Source: Euryarchaeota archaeon UBA596 (GTDB lineage Archaea > Thermoplasmatota > Poseidoniia > Poseidoniales > Poseidoniaceae). Taken from it: a stretch of DNA of 32,874 bases. The stretch lies in contig DAGQ01000015.1 in assembly GCA_002498205.1 (NCBI GenBank), positions 1 through 32,874 of the forward strand, read 5' to 3'. The notes under the pieces were generated by a model. The model saw nothing but the letters and a program-made list of their open reading frames with translations, was not told where the DNA came from and made no database searches. Both the position numbers and the translations under genes were made by a program. Below are positions 28,747 to 32,874 of this stretch, piece by piece. How positions within the stretch are numbered: the stretch's first letter is position 1; every line of letters begins with the position of its first letter.

Positions 28747-30395
28747 AATTGTTTTGATGATGCCATTAAAAAGCCATAAAATGGTGGGCTTGGTTTTGTT
28801 GGTCTTGTTTTAAATTCAGGATGGTATTGTGTGGCAAAGAAAAAAGGATGATTTGAAATCTCAACAATTTCCATTCTTTGTCCTGTATCATCTTTACCCA
28901 CAAACTTCATTCCCGCGTCCTCAATAGATTCAATTAAATCAGGATTTACTTCATACCTATGTCTATGTCTTTCGTGAATATTTTTATTGCCATTATACAA
29001 TTTAAATGCAATACTTTTTTCATCATTTATTATTGTACGCCGAGAACCTAATCTCATTGTTCCACCTAGGTGTGTTTTTGAGATTTCAGGCATATAAATT
29101 ACAACTGGATGTGGTGTATTATCATTAAATTCTGTTGAATTTGAATCTTTCCATCCTAAGACATTTCTACAAAATTCAATTACAGCAATTTGTAAACCTA
29201 GACAGATTCCAAGGTATGGGGTTGATGAAGTTCTAGCGTATTCTGCTGCCAGAATCTTTCCTTCAATTCCTCTATCTCCAAAACCACCAGGGACTAAAAT
29301 TCCATCAGCATTTTTCAATCTCTCCCACGAATCTGCATGAATTTCAGGATCGGTTTTTGCAACATTATTTTCTAAATTACTTGCTTCAATCCATTCAATA
29401 TTTAATTTTCTAGATGATGCAATAGATGCATGATTTAAAGCTTTAATTACTGATAAATAAGAGTCAGAAAGCCCCGTATATTTCCCTACCATTGCGATAC
29501 AGACCTCTTTATCTAAATCATCTATTTGTATTGCCATCGACATCCATTCATCTAATAATGGTCTATTAACTGGGATTTTAAATTTAAATTTTTGAGATAA
29601 TAATACAAGCGCTCCTTGTTGATCAAGTAAAAGAGGAACTTTGTAAATGTTTGAAACATCACTAGCAGATAGTACAGCATTTGATTCTACATGACAAAAT
29701 AATGCGATTTTTTGTCTAGCATCTTCAGTTAAACTAGTTTTAGAACGACAAATAATAACGTCGGGAGTAATACCTAACCCCCTTAATTCACGAACAGAAT
29801 GTTGTGTTGGTTTTGTTTTTTGTTCTCCAACAGGACCCATTACAGGAACCAAAGAAACATGTACAAAGCAAATATTTTCAGAGCCTACCCTAAATTGGAA
29901 TTGTCTTAATGCCTCAATAAAGGGTGCACTTTCAATATCACCCACTGTACCTCCTAGTTCTACAACACAGACATCTGCAACTTTATTTGTTCCTTGCTCT
30001 GGAACGTGAGCTACATCTTCAATCCAATCTTGAATTGAATCAGTGATATGAGGGACAACTTGTACTGTTTTTCCAAGGTAATCACCCCTTCTTTCAGATT
30101 CGATAACTTTTGAATATATTTTTCCAGTTGTTAAATTATTATCTTTTCCTAAAGTAACATCAAGAAATCGTTCATAATTTCCTAAATCTAGATCAGCTTC
30201 TCCTCCATCATCCAGAACAAAAACCTCTCCATGTTCAAACGGACTCATTGTACCAGCATCGCTATTAAGATAAGGATCAATTTTTATCGCAGTTACATTT
30301 AATCCAGCTGATTTTAGAAGTACACCGATGCTCGAAGCAGTTACACCTTTTCCCAATCCACTAAGGACTCCGCCTGACACAATCACATACTTCAC
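28743..30395 (-). CDS. pyrG: CTP synthase
   Basis: [53 protein letters not shown]. Confidence 0.98.
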   Translation of the reverse strand: MKYVIVSGGVLSGLGKGVTASSIGVLLKSAGLNVTAIKIDPYLNSDAGTMSPFEHGEVFVLDDGGEADLDLGNYERFLDVTLGKDNNLTTGKIYSKVIESERRGDYLGKTVQVVPHITDSIQDWIEDVAHVPEQGTNKVADVCVVELGGTVGDIESAPFIEALRQFQFRVGSENICFVHVSLVPVMGPVGEQKTKPTQHSVRELRGLGITPDVIICRSKTSLTEDARQKIALFCHVESNAVLSASDVSNIYKVPLLLDQQGALVLLSQKFKFKIPVNRPLLDEWMSMAIQIDDLDKEVCIAMVGKYTGLSDSYLSVIKALNHASIASSRKLNIEWIEASNLENNVAKTDPEIHADSWERLKNADGILVPGGFGDRGIEGKILAAEYARTSSTPYLGICLGLQIAVIEFCRNVLGWKDSNSTEFNDNTPHPVVIYMPEISKTHLGGTMRLGSRRTIINDEKSIAFKLYNGNKNIHERHRHRYEVNPDLIESIEDAGMKFVGKDDTGQRMEIVEISNHPFFFATQYHPEFKTRPTKPSPPFYGFLMASSKQF

Positions 30396-30401
30396 GTTAT
30401 C

Positions 30402-30429
30402 AACGGGATACTAATCGATTTGTCCCGTT
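30402..30429 (-). promoter_or_regulatory. Inverted repeat AACGGGA...TCCCGTT in the pyrG leader
   Basis: Arms at 30402-30408 and 30423-30429, inner palindrome AATCGATT (30413-30420), 6 nt upstream of the GTG start. Confidence 0.5.
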
Positions 30430-30521
30430 TAATTATCATTTTGTATTATTTTTATAATCAGGCCGATAATTTCAGGAGTTATACCTTCAGATTCAAGTAT
30501 TGTCTGCTTAGTCGCTAAGTT

Positions 30522-31472
30522 ATGGGGGGTGCTTCAGAAAGGAGAATTTTAGTCACTGGGGCACTTGGACAAATTGGGATGGAATTATTACGTGCATTGT
30601 CATTAAAACATGGTTCAGATGCAATAATAGCCACAGATATTAGAGATAATAATAATCTAGAAAAAATGGGTATTAAATTTCAAAAATTGGATATACTTGA
30701 TTTGGAAGGTTTGGAAGATATTATTAAAAATTTTGAAATTAATGAAGTATACCATTTAGCAGCAATTTTATCTGCAACAGGGGAGAAAAACCCACGTTTA
30801 TGCTGGGATATTAATGTCAATGGTTTATTGAATGTTTTAGAATTATCAAGGAAATATAAGTACAGAATTTTTTCACCATCATCAATAGCAGTTTTTGGTT
30901 CAGATGTAGGAAAACTAGCATTACAAAATTCCTCATTAAATCCTTCAACAATTTATGGAGTTACTAAAGTAACTGGCGAATTAATGGCTGAATATTATTA
31001 CTCTTCGCATAATGTTGATATTCGAGGTTTACGTTACCCCGGATTAATTTCATGGGAGGTAATGCCTGGCGGAGGAACTACTGATTATGCCGTGGAAATA
31101 TTTCATGCTGCAACATCTTCAAAGAAATATACTTGTTTTGTAGATGAAGAAACTAGACTTCCAATGATGTATATGAAAGATGCTATTAGAGCAACACTTG
31201 AATTAATGGATGCTCCAAGTGAAAAATTGACGATTAGAGGTGGATATAATTTACCTAGTTTGAGTTTTTCCGCTAAAGAACTATCTGAAAAAATTAAAGA
31301 AGAGATACCAGATTTTGAATGTGATTATGTTCCAGACCATAGGCAGGAGTATGCAAACTCTTGGCCTGATGATGTTGATGGATCAATGTCAGAAAAAGAA
31401 TGGGGATTCAGATTAGAATATGATTTAGAGTTAATGTGTAATGAAATGATAAAATCCTTAAAAAATAATTAA
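30522..31472 (+). CDS. L-threonine 3-dehydrogenase, SDR/NAD-dependent epimerase type
   Basis: ILVTGALGQIG, HLAAILSATGEKNP, PSSIAVFG, YGVTK, RYPGLIS...PGGGTTDYAVEIF, LPMMYM. Confidence 0.88.
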   Translation: MGGASERRILVTGALGQIGMELLRALSLKHGSDAIIATDIRDNNNLEKMGIKFQKLDILDLEGLEDIIKNFEINEVYHLAAILSATGEKNPRLCWDINVNGLLNVLELSRKYKYRIFSPSSIAVFGSDVGKLALQNSSLNPSTIYGVTKVTGELMAEYYYSSHNVDIRGLRYPGLISWEVMPGGGTTDYAVEIFHAATSSKKYTCFVDEETRLPMMYMKDAIRATLELMDAPSEKLTIRGGYNLPSLSFSAKELSEKIKEEIPDFECDYVPDHRQEYANSWPDDVDGSMSEKEWGFRLEYDLELMCNEMIKSLKNN

Positions 31473-31473
31473 A

Positions 31474-32874
31474 TCAATCATTTTCAAACTCTTCTTCGCC
31501 AATTCCTTCAGGGAAGGTAGGATCATTTTTTGCCCATAATACATCATCAATTCTAAGGATGCTAATAGCGGCCGCAGTAGAACCTGCTAAACATTGCTGA
31601 TGATTTTGTATAGATTCTACAATTCCAGAATCATACATATTGCAAATCGTTCCATTTATGATATTGATGCCTAATTTATTTGCAATTCCAGATTTAGCTG
31701 AAGCTTGTGCAGCATTTAAAGCTAAAATCTGATCAATTGGATCAAATCCAGAATTAATTGCAAGAGTTCTAGGAATTATTTCTAAAGCATCAGCATATGC
31801 AAGAATTGCTAGAGATTCTCTTCCTTCAAACTGTTCCGCCCAGTGTTTTAATTTTCTACTTAGAGCCATTTGGGTAGCACCCCCTCCTGGAAGTACTGCC
31901 CCATCTTCTAAAATTTGACAAGCTACTCCTAATGCATCAGAAAATGAGGTTTCAATTTCTTGAATTAATGTGTCACTACTTCCTCTAATTACTAATGTCA
32001 TTCCAGATTGTTTTGTTCCTTTCAAAATCCAATGTGTTACTCCAGACCAGTTTTCTTCAACACTTGATTCAAAAGAGCCTAAATCACTCTTCTTTGCATT
32101 TGCTGGAGATGCAACAATTGATGCATCACATGTTCTAGATAATAATTCAAAATCAGTTCTTTCAACTCTTCTGTAAGCACAAATTCCATTTAATTCTAAT
32201 AATCTAATTGCTGAATCATCAATTCCATCTCTACAAACTAAAATATCTGGCTTTAATTTCAAAATATCATCAATTTGTTTTGAAATTAATTCTAATTCTT
32301 TTTCTCTAAATGCAGAAATCATTGAAGGCTCAGAAAGCATAATCTTTGAAGTAATCGTAGGTTTTCTTTTTTCAATTCCTCCATCAATTATCAAAATCTT
32401 CCCTTTGGTATGATTTCTTTTCATGTCAGGACTGCATGCCTGCTTTGCTAGAACCAAACCTTCAATTAGGTAACTATCTGTTGCACCACCTCCCTTTCTT
32501 GAAATAATTTTTATGTCATTAGAATTGGCCATAATCTTACCATTTTCCATAGTTTTTGAAACACCTCTCGCTGCTTCACAAGATAGTTTAGAAAGAGCTT
32601 CTTGTAACGAACTCACTCCTTTTCCAGAAAGTGAAGTTTTTGTAACTAGTTCAAGAATATTTGAATCTGTTGAATTAATTTTTAAAGATTCTAAAAATTC
32701 TGTAGATTTTTGATATGCAAGCGAATATCCATTTGCAATTATTGATGGATGAATCCCTTTTACATATAACTCCCAAGCATTTTGTAATAGTTCTGATGCT
32801 AATAGAATTGAAGAAGTCGTCCCATCCTGTACGGTATTTTCTTGATTTGTTGCAATATCAATCAACATTTTTGC
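31474..32874 (-). CDS. Group II chaperonin (thermosome) subunit, divergent paralog; 5' end outside the window
   Basis: Frame open to the edge (AKMLIDIA...); QDGTTSS, GIHPSIIANGY, TSLSGKG, LPGGGA, ALEIIPRTLAINSGFDPID, ILRIDDV. Confidence 0.92.
   Translation of the reverse strand, partial: AKMLIDIATNQENTVQDGTTSSILLASELLQNAWELYVKGIHPSIIANGYSLAYQKSTEFLESLKINSTDSNILELVTKTSLSGKGVSSLQEALSKLSCEAARGVSKTMENGKIMANSNDIKIISRKGGGATDSYLIEGLVLAKQACSPDMKRNHTKGKILIIDGGIEKRKPTITSKIMLSEPSMISAFREKELELISKQIDDILKLKPDILVCRDGIDDSAIRLLELNGICAYRRVERTDFELLSRTCDASIVASPANAKKSDLGSFESSVEENWSGVTHWILKGTKQSGMTLVIRGSSDTLIQEIETSFSDALGVACQILEDGAVLPGGGATQMALSRKLKHWAEQFEGRESLAILAYADALEIIPRTLAINSGFDPIDQILALNAAQASAKSGIANKLGINIINGTICNMYDSGIVESIQNHQQCLAGSTAAAISILRIDDVLWAKNDPTFPEGIGEEEFEND

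Noticed and set aside
25475..31472. Threonine regulon or T-box linking thrS and threonine dehydrogenase
   Set aside because: The genes are in separate transcription units and the thrS upstream gap (<100 bp) is too short for a T-box.
2232..32713. Short ORF-track entries nested in or antisense to long genes (e.g. 2232-2525, 2263-2493, 2797-3030, 4026-4268, 6120-6341, 7069-7281, 9312-9629, 10613-10942, 12767-12955, 21270-21566, 22041-22226, 22827-23067, 23543-23743, 23894-24118, 25068-25250, 27037-27222, 27561-27881, 31970-32176, 32513-32713)
   Set aside because: They overlap well-supported CDSs and show no recognisable motifs; treated as shadow ORFs.
1..32874. tRNA/rRNA genes, CRISPR arrays, IS elements, prophage or defence genes
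   Set aside because: Intergenic gaps are at most ~220 bp with no cloverleaf, repeat-spacer pattern, transposase or integrase seen by eye; tRNAscan-SE and Infernal were not run.

Overview
Gene-dense, AT-rich archaeal chromosomal segment, most consistent with a marine Thermoplasmatota (Poseidoniia, MGII/MGIII-like) genome. This placement is inferred from the VAT/Cdc48, thermosome, NcsA, pyrB-pyrI and bacterial-type ThrRS genes and the GAGGTGA/GGTGA Shine-Dalgarno motifs. It holds 27 CDS, two truncated by the window edges (an aldehyde dehydrogenase missed by the ORF track, and a divergent thermosome subunit). I saw no tRNA/rRNA, CRISPR or mobile element. The most notable items are: (1) a 3-gene operon with a stand-alone Roadblock/LC7 protein, a ~1050-aa DUF2226/PATAN-like + Roadblock + coiled-coil protein and a 2-TM protein, with no GTPase; (2) a candidate extracellular copper locus (His-rich LVIVD beta-propeller + SCO, divergent from a ligand-less cupredoxin-fold protein) sharing one TATA tract and a C[YF]GxDCE motif; (3) a PRC-barrel gene in frame with cdc48 that seems to start at ATT; (4) a Trm9/ALKBH8-like methyltransferase next to ncsA; (5) a hairpin in the pyrG leader. 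All family calls come from motif recognition by eye, not database searches.
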